Assembly (NCBI GenBank): GCA_021845665.1
Contig: JAJZVO010000003.1
Coordinates: forward strand, 11,026 to 75,025
Length of the DNA stretch: 64,000 nucleotides
Direction: 5' to 3'
Source of the DNA: Bacteroidota bacterium
Lineage (GTDB): Bacteria; Bacteroidota; Ignavibacteria; Kryptoniales; JAKASW01
Shown here: piece by piece, positions 8,735 through 19,222 of the stretch
Numbering within the stretch: the first letter of the stretch is position 1
Layout of the letters: each line of letters starts with the position of its first letter
Program-made: the position numbers and the translations under genes
The notes under the pieces: generated by a model
Databases searched by the model: none
Seen by the model: only the letters and a program-made list of their open reading frames with translations
What the model was told of the DNA's origin: nothing

Positions 8735-11005
8735 ATGAAAATCAGAGTAGAAGATGTCCTTCAATACCACTCAACGGGAAAAAGAGGTAAAGTCGAAGTA
8801 GTGCCCACAAAGCCGTGCATGACCCAGCGTGACCTTTCGCTGGCATACACGCCAGGGGTGGCCGAAGTCTGCAGGGTGATTGACAAGGAAGCCGATGCCG
8901 CATACGAGTACACGTCGAAAGGAAATCTCGTTGCGGTGTTGTCTAACGGGACTGCGGTCTTAGGGCTAGGCAACATCGGCCCGCTTGCGGGTAAACCCGT
9001 TATGGAAGGAAAGGGGGTTCTGTTCAAGAGATTTGCGGATATCGATGTTTTCGATATTGAAATAAACGCGAAGACGCCCGAAGAGATAATCGCGGTTGCT
9101 AAGGCTCTCGAGCCGACATTCGGAGGAATCAATCTCGAGGACATAAAAGCTCCCGACTGCTTTGTTGTCGAAGAGACTCTCAAAGCCTCTATGAACATAC
9201 CGGTGTTCCACGACGATCAGCACGGTACGGCGATCATCAGCTCGGCAGCGCTCCTCAACGCGCTCGAAATCGCCGGAAAAGATATTTCAAAGGTAAAGAT
9301 AGTGGTGAACGGCGCGGGAGCAGCGGCTATCGCATGCACCAAGCTTTATATCAAACTCGGCGCCGGGATGGAAAATATCACCATGTGCGACTCCAAAGGA
9401 GTCATCTACAAGGGAAGGACCGATTCTATGAATCGGTACAAAGAAGAGTTCGCCCGTGAGACGGAAGCTCGTACGCTCGGACAGGCGCTGGTCGGAGCGG
9501 ACGTCTTCGTAGGGCTCTCCGTCGCCAATGTCGTAACCAAGGACATGGTTCGTTCAATGGCTCCCGTCCCTATCATATTCGCGATGGCGAACCCGGATCC
9601 GGAAATCGCATACGAAGACGCCGTCGACGCACGAGCGGACGTGATAATGGCGACCGGCAGAAGCGATTACCCCAACCAGGTCAACAATGTCCTTGGATTC
9701 CCCTTCATCTTCAGAGGCGCTCTGGACGTGCGGGCAAGAAACATAAACGACGAGATGAAGATAGCGGCGGTCAATGCTCTTGCTACCCTGGCGAAGGAGC
9801 CTGTACCGGATTCAGTGAAGGTCGCCTACGGCGGCATCGATCTGCAATTCGGAAAGGAATACATCATACCGAAGCCTTTCGATCCGAGAGTGATAACCTG
9901 GGTGGCGCCCGCCGTCGCAAAAGCAGCGATAGAAACCGGCACCGCCCGCGTCAACATAGACGATTGGGACAAATACACCTTCCAGCTGGAAGAGAGAATG
10001 GGAATCACGCGCAGCGTAGTGAGGACTGCGATCACTAAATCGCAGGGGAGCGGGATCAGAATCGTCTTCCCGGAGGGGGAAGAGGCAAAAATACTTCACG
10101 CCGCGCAGATCATCATCGACGAGGAAATCGCAAAGCCGGTACTACTGGGGAAGAGAGCCCAGATAGAGATGAAGGCTCACGAAATGAAGATCGACATGGA
10201 AGGAATAGAGGTGATCGAACCGTCCCGGTTTGAGAAATCCCAGGAATACGTGGATGAATTTTTCAAGATGCGCCAGCGCAAAGGGATCACACGCGCCGAG
10301 GCGGCACGCTACCTCGAAAGGCCGAACTACCTCGGGGCGATGATGGTACGTATGGGAGATGCGGACGGACTCGTTTCAGGCCTGACACAATCATATCCGA
10401 ACACTATCAGGCCCGCCCTCCAGGTTATCGGCATGCAGGAAAAAAGAACGAGGGTCGCCGGCTTGTACATCGTCATGACGAAACGAGATACATACTTCTT
10501 CGCCGATACCACGGTGAATGTAGATCCGACGGCAGAAGACCTTGCCGAGATAGCAATTATGACTGCCGAAGTAGTCAGGCGATTCAACATGGTTCCGAGA
10601 GTTGCCATGCTTTCGTTCAGCAACTTCGGGAACACCCGGCTTCCTCAATCTATCAAGGTTCAGCAGGCCGTTGCCCTCGCACAAAAGCTCGACCCGACTT
10701 TGAGCATCGACGGAGAGGTACAGGCAGACGTCGCGCTCTCGCCGGATATGCTCGAAGAGGTCTATCCTTTCTCGAGTCTCAAGAACGGCGCAAACACGCT
10801 CATCTTCCCCGACTTGAACGCGGGTAATATCGCTTACAAGCTGATGGGTAAGATTGGCGGTGCGGCGCTACTCGGGCCAATACTGATGGGAATGAAGAAA
10901 CCGGTTCATGTCCTGCAACAGGGATGCGACGTGAACGCCATCGTTAACATTGCGGCAGTCTGCGCTGTCGAAGCGATTGACAAGGTAAGGAACGGCAGTC
11001 ACTGA
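8735..11005 (+). CDS. maeB: NADP-dependent malic enzyme with PTA-like domain
   Basis: [19 protein letters not shown]-terminal phosphotransacetylase-like domain; AAGGAG SD before ATG 8735. Confidence 0.95.
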   Translation: MKIRVEDVLQYHSTGKRGKVEVVPTKPCMTQRDLSLAYTPGVAEVCRVIDKEADAAYEYTSKGNLVAVLSNGTAVLGLGNIGPLAGKPVMEGKGVLFKRFADIDVFDIEINAKTPEEIIAVAKALEPTFGGINLEDIKAPDCFVVEETLKASMNIPVFHDDQHGTAIISSAALLNALEIAGKDISKVKIVVNGAGAAAIACTKLYIKLGAGMENITMCDSKGVIYKGRTDSMNRYKEEFARETEARTLGQALVGADVFVGLSVANVVTKDMVRSMAPVPIIFAMANPDPEIAYEDAVDARADVIMATGRSDYPNQVNNVLGFPFIFRGALDVRARNINDEMKIAAVNALATLAKEPVPDSVKVAYGGIDLQFGKEYIIPKPFDPRVITWVAPAVAKAAIETGTARVNIDDWDKYTFQLEERMGITRSVVRTAITKSQGSGIRIVFPEGEEAKILHAAQIIIDEEIAKPVLLGKRAQIEMKAHEMKIDMEGIEVIEPSRFEKSQEYVDEFFKMRQRKGITRAEAARYLERPNYLGAMMVRMGDADGLVSGLTQSYPNTIRPALQVIGMQEKRTRVAGLYIVMTKRDTYFFADTTVNVDPTAEDLAEIAIMTAEVVRRFNMVPRVAMLSFSNFGNTRLPQSIKVQQAVALAQKLDPTLSIDGEVQADVALSPDMLEEVYPFSSLKNGANTLIFPDLNAGNIAYKLMGKIGGAALLGPILMGMKKPVHVLQQGCDVNAIVNIAAVCAVEAIDKVRNGSH

Positions 11006-11026
11006 ACGGTTATGCAAGCATAGGGA

Positions 11027-11065
11027 TTCCGCGGCAGCTCTTTCGTTCCACAGGCTGCCGCGGAA
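11027..11065. terminator. Hairpin between convergent maeB and PAS gene
   Basis: TTCCGCGGCAGC ... GCTGCCGCGGAA perfect 12-bp stem. Confidence 0.65.
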
Positions 11066-11132
11066 CTTCTGACTTGTTAACCGGGTAAGGTTTGGAAATT
11101 AATGAAGCGGCAGTGAATGCGGGTTCAGGCGA

Positions 11133-11594
11133 TCAGTCGCCCTGTGAACGGAGGAGAATGGCTTTCAGGTCGGTTATTTCTTTCTCCTGAGTCTCCAGCT
11201 TGCCGTAGAGATCGACGAGGTGTTCGTAGAGTTGATTCTCCAATATTCTCGATTGTGACACGTCTTCGAAGTGAAATACAATCTCACCCCTCGCATCGTT
11301 CAGGTTGTAGGCTTTCACTTTGAAGTATTTCTCTGTACCCCTTTGCTTCAAGGTACGCGCGCTCTCTCCTCGCGAAAGACAGTCGGTGACGATCCGGTCA
11401 AACGCAACGGAGTCTTCCGACTGAAGGAACTCGTCCATCTCCAGCTTTTTCCCTCTCTCCAGTCTCAACGGCAACACCTCCCGGGCAAACTGGTTCGCAT
11501 AGACGAGAACAAGATTGGTGTCGGTGAGCACAAACGGAATGCGTACGGTCTCGAAGACCCGATAGCAATCGGAAAAAATAGTTTGCTCTGCCAT
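11133..11594 (-). CDS. Stand-alone PAS domain protein with C-terminal coiled coil
   Basis: FVLTD...LVYANQFA start and FEDVS end of PAS; heptad-rich tail. Confidence 0.7.
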   Translation of the reverse strand: MAEQTIFSDCYRVFETVRIPFVLTDTNLVLVYANQFAREVLPLRLERGKKLEMDEFLQSEDSVAFDRIVTDCLSRGESARTLKQRGTEKYFKVKAYNLNDARGEIVFHFEDVSQSRILENQLYEHLVDLYGKLETQEKEITDLKAILLRSQGD

Positions 11595-11605
11595 ACACTG
11601 AATAT

Positions 11606-11621
11606 TTCATTATTCGTGCCG
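11606..11621 (-). promoter_or_regulatory. Possible sigma54-like -24/-12 promoter
   Basis: CGGCACGAATAATGAA (GG-N10-GA) 12 nt upstream of ATG 11594. Confidence 0.3.
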
Positions 11622-11750
11622 ATGAAATAGGCACAAAACAAAGTTCTTTGAGGTCATTCAACCAACTTGAAAGGATTCTTGTTACAGTTTGGTAAGGTAA
11701 GGTTACGATATCTTCCCGCGGTTAACGGGAAGGACGGGACCGGAGACTTT

Positions 11751-12110
11751 TCAGCTTCCGAGGTAAACGACTTCTACTTTCGACACCCCTCTGAAATCAT
11801 TGGTGCTGAAATCACGCACCTGTCCTTGTCGCAAGTCGATAGTAGCCTTGGTGGAGTTGCCCTTCTTCATTTTGATGAGAACATTCTGCGGACAACTGAA
11901 CGAGAGGACGGGCTCGTCTTGTGTACCATGCCCCGACACCAATCGAAGTGACTGACTTTGCCTCGCGACCGGGGTTATCGTCAGGCCGGGGGCCGCAATT
12001 ACAGTTAGTGTCACTGTTGCCGAGGCGCTCACCTGGGCCTGAGTCGCGGGCGCTAAGAAAACGATCACTCCTAACGCAAGCATCGGCGATATGTACCACG
12101 GTTTCTTCAT
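11751..12110 (-). CDS. Secreted pilin-like protein
   Basis: MKKPWY signal peptide ending TQA-Q, then beta-strand VSASATVTLTVI like the neighbouring pilins. Confidence 0.6.
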   Translation of the reverse strand: MKKPWYISPMLALGVIVFLAPATQAQVSASATVTLTVIAAPGLTITPVARQSQSLRLVSGHGTQDEPVLSFSCPQNVLIKMKKGNSTKATIDLRQGQVRDFSTNDFRGVSKVEVVYLGS

Positions 12111-12363
12111 TGTCTTCGAGCAGTTTAAGTACGAAGACAATGCCAAAGTTAGATCCGGCCCCCTCCTTCCACCCCATCGCCATAACTATCGGCGATTTAA
12201 CATGTTACATGTCCAGCGTAATTCCGTCTTTGCGCGCACAGACATAACAACCTGTAAAATTTTCCGCATCTGAGGAAGAAACTACGTGGGGGAGAAGATT
12301 AAACATGACATCCTCCCTATCCATGGCCAGCCCCTTGTTGTCGAATGAATCCGGCTGCACCAC

Positions 12364-12527
12364 CTAGAGACGCGGCCGAAAAGTCCAACCACGAGAGCAC
12401 GAAGATTTTTCACGAAGGACACGAAGGGATCTATTCATTTATCGCTCTTTCTTTGTGCTCTTTGCGCCCTTTCTTCGTGACCTCGCGGTTGAATAGTTTT
12501 GCAGCGGGTTTTCGGCCACGTCCCTAG
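12364..12527. mobile_element. MITE-like element (164 bp) at a CTAG site
   Basis: TIRs GAGACGCGGCCGAAAA (12367-12382) and rc GGGACGTGGCCGAAAA (12509-12524), 14/16; CTAG at both ends; internal inverted CACGAAG-rich repeats. Confidence 0.75.
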
Positions 12528-15298
12528 AAGCCGGATTTTGGCGAGTGGCGCTCCACCAGGACTTGACCCGTTCCAACTCTTCCATCCTTGGCAAACTTGA
12601 CAGCACTTTCTTTCGAAGTAAACGCACCTACTTGTACAGAATATTTTGTAGGGGGTGTTAACATTCCCACTTCTGCAGAGGGATTACTCTTCATAGGTTT
12701 TGGCTTCGGACGAGATTTAAGAATAATCTTGAGACCATCGATAATGTCTCCGTCCTTGGTGGATTTGACGGTGAACCGTAGAATCGCCGGGTTGGCATCG
12801 ACCCCGAGTATCGACAATTGAGCCGAGTCGATGTGTGCTTCGTACCCGCCGGGAGGAAGGCCCATGTAATAGAAACTCCCGTCGTTGAACACGGGGACTG
12901 TCTTCTTGAAGCTTCCGTTATCGGACGCAATATCGAGGCTCAATCCGGGGATAGCCGAGAGCACTCCTTTTTCATCGCGCAGGACAGTTCCTTCGGCTAT
13001 GCCTCCTGCATAAAAGGGTATATCGATCCTCTCATACATGTCGGGGTCGGTGATGAAAGAGAAGGACTTCCATTTCGGAATCAGCAGAGGATTTCTAATC
13101 GTACTCATATCGACATCGGCAGTATACTGGGTGTAAGGGAGCATGTTCCATTCCCTTGTGATGCCGTTGCTCGATTGTTCCGTCGACACGGCCTGCCTGA
13201 GCGTGATGTCGCCGTGCCGGATAATCTCTTCACCCTTATCGTATCGGCCGTTGCCGTTGGCATCGACGAACATCCTCACCGAAGCCGCCGAACGCCCGAC
13301 CCATCCGAGGTCGTTAAACATGAATTGGCCGTAATTGCCGTCGTACCCGACCGAGCCTGAGAAGTTCTGACTGTAGAATCCTGAGCTTCCCTGGAACTGG
13401 GCGCTCGTAGTCGATCTCATGAACGGTAGATCGGCAATAATCTGAAGGTTAAATGTCGTTGCATTGTTGATGTAATTTCGATCCGCCGTGAAGCCAATCC
13501 TGATGTATCGCTGAACGTCCTTCGAGATTTGAATCGAGATGTCGTCAAGAGATTTTTTCAAGACGCCATATCGCGTGGATACATTGACCAGTGTTCCGTT
13601 CAAAAAGTCGAAAGAACCGTGCGGGAAGAAGAGCGAGTATAAGATGGACCCGGTCAGATCGTAAGTGCTGATTGCCGGCCCGACACCGTAATTGATGATC
13701 GATCTGGTATATCCGGCGCTGATATTCATTTGTGACAGGCTCGAGGAGAAATTCGCGGAATAACTATAAGCTTTCTGCCCGCCGTAGTAAGTCTGGTAAC
13801 TTCCGGCGGCCCTGAAATTCAGGGAACTCCTCCCGATATAGAACGGCATGAAAGCATCGGCCTGCATTTCCTGCAACCGGAGGCCGGGGTTGTAGAGCAT
13901 GTTCTGACTATAGCGACCGTATTCAAGATCGAATGCAGCCTGCGAAGCATAGAGAGCGCTGAACGTCGATCTGTAAAATGCATCCGGGGCCGCATCGATG
14001 CTCATCGTGTATTCAGGACCGAACCGCAAATAGAGAGAGTTGTACAGCAATGGCTTCGAGAACAAAGGGTTGTCGACGTAATCCATCCCGATTTTGTCAG
14101 TGGCCCAATCGGTGATACCGAACAACGCATTCGCCGAGAGAAATTCATAGTCGGTGTTGTTGACCAGTCCGGAGCTGACTGTGTAATTGATCTGACCGGC
14201 CGGCACGAAGGAGAAGGGGATTTGAAGCCGGCGGTCCTGTTCACGGAACTGTCCGTTTGGTCCGTAGTACTTGATCTGAATGAATGTGGTACCATAGACG
14301 AGCGGAATGGAAAACTGCGCTCTTCCCTGGGCATCGGCGTGCTTGTAGCCGGCGAGCTGACCGTTCAGATAGAGCTCGACGTCCCAGTTCGGATTTGTCC
14401 GCGCATTGATGATGTATTGACCGAACAGCGTCCTGACGGTCAGCGGTGCATTCGACACCTGCACACCGCGGAACCCATAGCTCGTTAAACCGTTCGAGTA
14501 GAGATTGCCGAGCCCCGCATACGTTATATAAGCAGAAGAATCGAATGTGTATTTCCAGTTTAGTGTACTCGAATAGACAGTCGGGGTGCTTCCTGTAACG
14601 CCGCCGAGCACGCTCCCTTCAGTCTGTCCGCCGAGTACTTCCCCGCCTCCAGTTAAATTGTAACTATACGAAGTGGGCCCACCGGTATTGAATGCCGACA
14701 GCGAGTAATCGACGACTCCTCCGTTGAGCAGGTATTTCTTCCCCGGAAATTTCAGGGGAGCCTGTTCCAGATTCGTCAGCGGAGAGACGACCATATAATT
14801 ACGCCGCATTTCCCGCTGATAATCCCGGACTATCGGAAGATCCTGATTGGTGCTAAGTATCAGCGAGAGCGAATTGAAATCTATGTTGAAATCGAGACCG
14901 AAGGCTTCCTTGAAGAAGGAAGGAAGGACGTAGTAATCAAGCTGTCCCTGAATGACTTTAGAGGTGTCGAACCGGAAGGTTCTGCTGCCGATTCTTCCCA
15001 CGCCCGTTCCAAAATTTATATGGTAGAGATCTTTCTGATCGATGTAAAACCCCGTCAGTGTCTTGGCCCGCATATCGACGTTCTCGGCAACCCTGAGTTG
15101 TCTCAGAACCGTTCCGATCGGAAGATAGACCGAGTCCTGATAGTAAAGCCCGGTTACTACGGAATTGACAATGCCGCTGAAGCTGAAAGAGAGGTATATA
15201 TCCTGCGCTTCCTGATATGCAGAGACATTCTGTGCCCTTGCAGAATTAGCAAGGAGCGCGATGAGAATGGACGTCCAGATAAACCTTCGTGCGCAGAT
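12524..15298 (-). CDS. Usher-like outer-membrane protein with prealbumin-like domains and truncated SPOR domain; non-canonical ATC start
   Basis: Beta-strand-rich; DVELYLNGQL...FSIPLVYG plug-like motif; FVDANGNGRYDKGE; frame open 75 codons above ATG 15073 and encodes a signal peptide. Confidence 0.75.
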   Translation of the reverse strand: MCARRFIWTSILIALLANSARAQNVSAYQEAQDIYLSFSFSGIVNSVVTGLYYQDSVYLPIGTVLRQLRVAENVDMRAKTLTGFYIDQKDLYHINFGTGVGRIGSRTFRFDTSKVIQGQLDYYVLPSFFKEAFGLDFNIDFNSLSLILSTNQDLPIVRDYQREMRRNYMVVSPLTNLEQAPLKFPGKKYLLNGGVVDYSLSAFNTGGPTSYSYNLTGGGEVLGGQTEGSVLGGVTGSTPTVYSSTLNWKYTFDSSAYITYAGLGNLYSNGLTSYGFRGVQVSNAPLTVRTLFGQYIINARTNPNWDVELYLNGQLAGYKHADAQGRAQFSIPLVYGTTFIQIKYYGPNGQFREQDRRLQIPFSFVPAGQINYTVSSGLVNNTDYEFLSANALFGITDWATDKIGMDYVDNPLFSKPLLYNSLYLRFGPEYTMSIDAAPDAFYRSTFSALYASQAAFDLEYGRYSQNMLYNPGLRLQEMQADAFMPFYIGRSSLNFRAAGSYQTYYGGQKAYSYSANFSSSLSQMNISAGYTRSIINYGVGPAISTYDLTGSILYSLFFPHGSFDFLNGTLVNVSTRYGVLKKSLDDISIQISKDVQRYIRIGFTADRNYINNATTFNLQIIADLPFMRSTTSAQFQGSSGFYSQNFSGSVGYDGNYGQFMFNDLGWVGRSAASVRMFVDANGNGRYDKGEEIIRHGDITLRQAVSTEQSSNGITREWNMLPYTQYTADVDMSTIRNPLLIPKWKSFSFITDPDMYERIDIPFYAGGIAEGTVLRDEKGVLSAIPGLSLDIASDNGSFKKTVPVFNDGSFYYMGLPPGGYEAHIDSAQLSILGVDANPAILRFTVKSTKDGDIIDGLKIILKSRPKPKPMKSNPSAEVGMLTPPTKYSVQVGAFTSKESAVKFAKDGRVGTGQVLVERHSPKSGF

Positions 15299-15340
15299 GT
15301 GTTACTCCCGCGTGTTTCTTTCCTTGTAGCCCAATGACAA

Positions 15341-15379
15341 CTTCAGCCCGGCCCTGAGAAAGATCAGGCCGGTTGAAGG
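15341..15379 (-). terminator. Hairpin between chaperone and usher genes
   Basis: CTTCAGCCCGGCC ... GGCCGGTTGAAG imperfect stem directly after the chaperone stop. Confidence 0.4.
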
Positions 15380-16201
15380 TCACTCCATTCTGAATACGAA
15401 CGACTTTTCCACGGCAGGGACCTTGATTATGTCGTCACCGGGGATGTCGGTCCTTTCAGATTCCAATTTGAAGTCCGCAGTGTACACTCCGCTCCTTAGA
15501 TCGGAGAGCGGGACAGGGAATTTTATCACCATCTTGTTCTGGTAAATGGCAAGCACCTGCTGGTTTGAGTACACTGTGTTTCCGGCATGATCCTTCACAA
15601 CCACAGACATTCTTCCAAAGAAGGGGGAGTTTCCGCCGCGCGCGACATCGGCCAGGAGGTTCATCGACGTGCTGTCCTGATACGAAACCAAATTGGGGAT
15701 CTGGACGCTCGTATTGACATACCCCTTTTTAAAAATCACTGTCGTGACTTGTTGCAGCACAAAAGTGATGTTCGCGGTAATCCCGTTCCTGACAGTGTCG
15801 ATAGTCTTTGCCTGAGGAGTCGAGCTCGTGATCAGTCGTGTCCAGTACTCACCGTCAGTGATACCTGCGGGCGGAGACGCCAGTAGGCGAACCACCTGTT
15901 GCTGCCCCGGATTCACGATGAACTTCTGAGGAAATCCGTGGAGCCACGGTTCACAGGAATGCTCGCTGGCCATCACGGAGTCGTTATAGTTCATGGTTAT
16001 GTTCCCGAGTGAATCCGATTCGGGAAATCCGAACTTGAACGATATTGTGATTTCCTGGGGGGCGTTCGACCTGTTCATCACCACAAAAGTGCCGAAGCGG
16101 GACTGGTCGCCCATGAATAGTATTGTCGGAGCGACGATCACCTGTGCCCTCGCGGCTGCGAAGGACAAGAGGATCAACAACGCGGATAGTGTTTTTTTCA
16201 T
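15380..16201 (-). CDS. Fimbrial (PapD-like) periplasmic chaperone
   Basis: Signal peptide; VAPTILF, FPQKFIVNPGQQQVVRL and DGEYWTRL motifs of pilus chaperones. Confidence 0.8.
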   Translation of the reverse strand: MKKTLSALLILLSFAAARAQVIVAPTILFMGDQSRFGTFVVMNRSNAPQEITISFKFGFPESDSLGNITMNYNDSVMASEHSCEPWLHGFPQKFIVNPGQQQVVRLLASPPAGITDGEYWTRLITSSTPQAKTIDTVRNGITANITFVLQQVTTVIFKKGYVNTSVQIPNLVSYQDSTSMNLLADVARGGNSPFFGRMSVVVKDHAGNTVYSNQQVLAIYQNKMVIKFPVPLSDLRSGVYTADFKLESERTDIPGDDIIKVPAVEKSFVFRME

Positions 16202-16240
16202 GCCCGTAATTTAATTGTTTAACAATTATGTCCCAACGTT

Positions 16241-17194
16241 TCAGTAGCTTACAGTCAACGTGAAGGTTCCACTGTATGCTCCCGGAAGCTGGCTCGGGGG
16301 TACCGCAGCGATCGATCCGCCGAGCCAGAAATAATAGAAACCTGTCTGACCCGCGCTTCCGCTCAGGACCACCGTCGATTGCGAAGCCACAGAGGCGGCA
16401 CCAGACTGGCCGGTTGAGCTGCTCGATCCGCACAGGCTCGGAATGAATGTTATCGTGTTGCCGTACATATCGCTGATCGGGACGGAAGATGAGTAGGATA
16501 CGGTTATGGTTTTCCCTCCGGTACCGGCGGCGGTTATCTCAGGTGCGGAGCCGCTTTGCGCAGAGATTGCGGGAGGGGTCGTGCCGGCTATGATCTGACC
16601 GAAATTGAGCGATCCCGTCTCAGTCATTGAAAGTCCCTGGATGACAGACGCGCTTACAGGGATTGTCTGGCTTACCGTATATCTGGCTTTAGGTTTTGTG
16701 ACCGAAATATTGACCGTAACACTTATTGTCCCAGTGTAATCTCCCGAAGGAAGCCAGCTCCCGCCCGGGGCAGCGGTTCCACCGATCCATATGTATAAAT
16801 CGAGAGGTGTGTTTGCATACAGCTGCTGATAGATCCCCGAGCTTGGACCGAAGTAAGTAATCCCGGAGAAGCTGTTGGTCGTGTTCCAGCCCGCCGAGTT
16901 GGACGTGTAGGAAACGTTCATCGTATGGCTGCCGCCCGCCGTCAAACTATAGGGTACGGTGATCGAGACCTGTATGCTGGCATAAGCATACTTTGACATC
17001 GTATACCCCGGCACCTGTATCAGGAACGAAGCTGCTGTCGGGTCAGTCGGAGCAACCGTGTTAGTGGTGTTCCCGAGAGACATGCCGAAAGTGAGATCGT
17101 TGAAAACGGTAATTGTGGGTGACTGAGCTTTCAAAATGGGAACATCAATCGTTAACATGACAAGCAACACTGATATGTTTAATAGCTTCTTCAT
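16241..17194 (-). CDS. Two-domain DUF4402-like pilin / putative tip adhesin
   Basis: Signal peptide; two repeats of LxFG...xIGG...PxGxYxGTxxxTV. Confidence 0.75.
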   Translation of the reverse strand: MKKLLNISVLLVMLTIDVPILKAQSPTITVFNDLTFGMSLGNTTNTVAPTDPTAASFLIQVPGYTMSKYAYASIQVSITVPYSLTAGGSHTMNVSYTSNSAGWNTTNSFSGITYFGPSSGIYQQLYANTPLDLYIWIGGTAAPGGSWLPSGDYTGTISVTVNISVTKPKARYTVSQTIPVSASVIQGLSMTETGSLNFGQIIAGTTPPAISAQSGSAPEITAAGTGGKTITVSYSSSVPISDMYGNTITFIPSLCGSSSSTGQSGAASVASQSTVVLSGSAGQTGFYYFWLGGSIAAVPPSQLPGAYSGTFTLTVSY

Positions 17195-17312
17195 GCTGTC
17201 CTTCGGTAATGTAGCTCAAACACGTAGATATGGCAAAACCTCGAGAGACAGTTGCGCCAAGAATATCTGGAGCTTCCGCCGGCCGCAAACACACGGAAAG
17301 TGCGGCACATTT

Positions 17313-17576
17313 TCACAATATAACCATCTTTCTATGATATGTAACCAAGGTAGACGGGTCTCCTGAAGTTACCGAACCGCTTTGCTCTTTAGGCCTGGCA
17401 TGGTACACGGCTGCGGTGGCGTTATTGTAAGCCAGCGTGGTCGTTCTAGTGATACTGCGGAACGAAAGGTTCCTGGTAACCACAATGGTGCCGCTCCGGG
17501 CCATGGACTCGCCAGCCGCTGCCAGCAGCAGGAAAATCATGACAGATATCTGACGCAATCGCTTCATAGATTTCAT
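17313..17576 (-). pseudogene. Truncated DUF4402-like pilin
   Basis: Signal peptide plus TIVVTRNLSF pilin start; no C-terminal GxYxGT strand found. Confidence 0.5.
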
Positions 17577-17630
17577 CTCAAACCCGACCCGAAAGAGACT
17601 GCCACATCGCTCCGATCCATTGATACATGA

Positions 17631-18128
17631 TTAATATGAAACGCTCACGAGGTATGTCCCGGTGTAAATTCCGGGAGGCACCGTCCCGACATTCACGGAG
17701 CCGAAAATATATACAAAAGCGCCCGCCGTCTGGCCCGAGCGGTTCGCACGCAGCCTTATCCCGGTCTGTGTCCCTGACGGCGTTGTCCAGATCGTAGCGG
17801 ATGCAGGCGCATCGGCGGTATTGTTATGGCCCGCTCCCGGAGTATATGGTATAGAGTTGCTCCCGTTGATGAGCGAGACCGGCAGAGTGAGCGTAACGTA
17901 GACTGTCTTATTGAACTGTCCCGATATGGTGACCTTTCCCGCTGCCGCATCGGTTATCGTCACCGAGTCAATGCTCGTTCCCGCTACTGCATTTCCAAAA
18001 TTCAATCCTTTATCAGCATAAACAGAAAGTCCCACCGCAACGCCGATCGAAACCGACCTCGTCTGTGCGCTCGAGGATTGAGCCTTGAGATCCGACAAAT
18101 GAGAAGGCGATGAGAATGCCGATCGCAA
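17631..18128 (-). pseudogene. DUF4402-like pilin with frameshifted signal peptide
   Basis: Mature domain intact (GLNFG...YIFG...PPGIYTGTYLVSVSY); hydrophobic LFAIGILIAFSF lies in another frame near 18100. Confidence 0.65.
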
Positions 18129-18375
18129 ACAGGCTTGCCAATGAACTCGTGTTCGGGTTAATCGACGCAGTGGTGTTTACAATAGTGAGTCCGAAGTTGA
18201 GGTCGCCGGCGCCGTCGTTGTCGGAAGAGGATGTGATGGAAACGATAGGGAGAATTGAGAGCGATATGACAGCTTGTAAGCAGGCGGAAACCTGAGCTTT
18301 GGCCGAATCGGCCAAAAAGGCTAAGAGAAGACCAAGTGCGGCCGATTTCCTTCCTTTGAGAATTCCAGAGTTCAT
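18013..18375 (-). pseudogene. N-terminal half of a DUF4402-like pilin fused to the next gene
   Basis: MNSGILK...SAKAQ signal, GDLNFG motif, then runs into the next pilin's signal peptide. Confidence 0.6.
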
Positions 18376-18609
18376 GACACTGCGCGCAGAAAGGACTTTG
18401 TTGCGAACGCAATAAGACCCGGCACGCAATAGTTCATGCTCATCGAAAATTGGAGGCACTGTCTTTCAACGCTCCACGATATCATTTCAGCTTTCACGAT
18501 AATAAGGACAATCAAAAGGAAAGGCTCAGCTAGCCCACTGAGCCTTGGTTCTAAACATATCATCGATCTTGCTCCCAGGCAGAAAGCCATGGTTGAAAAA
18601 CGAATCGAC

Positions 18610-19113
18610 TTAGTTGTAGGTTGCTGTGAGCGTGTACGTACCCTTATAAACACCCGCCGTGGTCGAAGTTGTCACGTTTACAGAACCTCCCAGCAGAAAA
18701 TAATAATGGCCTGGGTGCGCAGAGCTAGGGGCTCCTAACGGGTACTGCGTATTGTCGGCAGCATCACTACCAACGGTGGTTCCGTCTACGGAGCATTTCA
18801 GATCAGGTGTGAAGACGATCGTCGAAGCGTCGCTAATATTGGTAAGTACAGGAGAACTCGGCAGGGTAATTTCGAAACTTGCACTGTCTGTCCCTGAGAC
18901 AATGAACGTCGCGCCACTTCCAACGGCAATTGTCGGTGTGGCAGCAACCCCTTGCGGCACCATGCCGAAATCAAGTGACCCGCTAACGCTCATTTGCATG
19001 GCCGCAAGGACCTGTAGTTGCAGATTTGCAGAGTTGGTGGCGGTGTTGTACTGCGCCAACGACATTCCGGACATGCCGAGGACCATCGTCGCTACTAACA
19101 ATAATTTCTTCAT
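18610..19113 (-). CDS. DUF4402-like major pilin
   Basis: MKKLLL signal; GSLDFG; YFLLGG...AGVYKGTYTLTATYN; strong AGGAGG SD; first gene of cluster. Confidence 0.8.
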   Translation of the reverse strand: MKKLLLVATMVLGMSGMSLAQYNTATNSANLQLQVLAAMQMSVSGSLDFGMVPQGVAATPTIAVGSGATFIVSGTDSASFEITLPSSPVLTNISDASTIVFTPDLKCSVDGTTVGSDAADNTQYPLGAPSSAHPGHYYFLLGGSVNVTTSTTAGVYKGTYTLTATYN

Positions 19114-19222
19114 TTAAAGCCTCCTGTTAAGGATTTTGGCTCCGCCGCTCTTCCCCTCCGGGAGGAACAACCGACGAAGGCCGGTTTGTGAAATTGTTTT
19201 GCTCCATAGCCAGAGCTTATAG

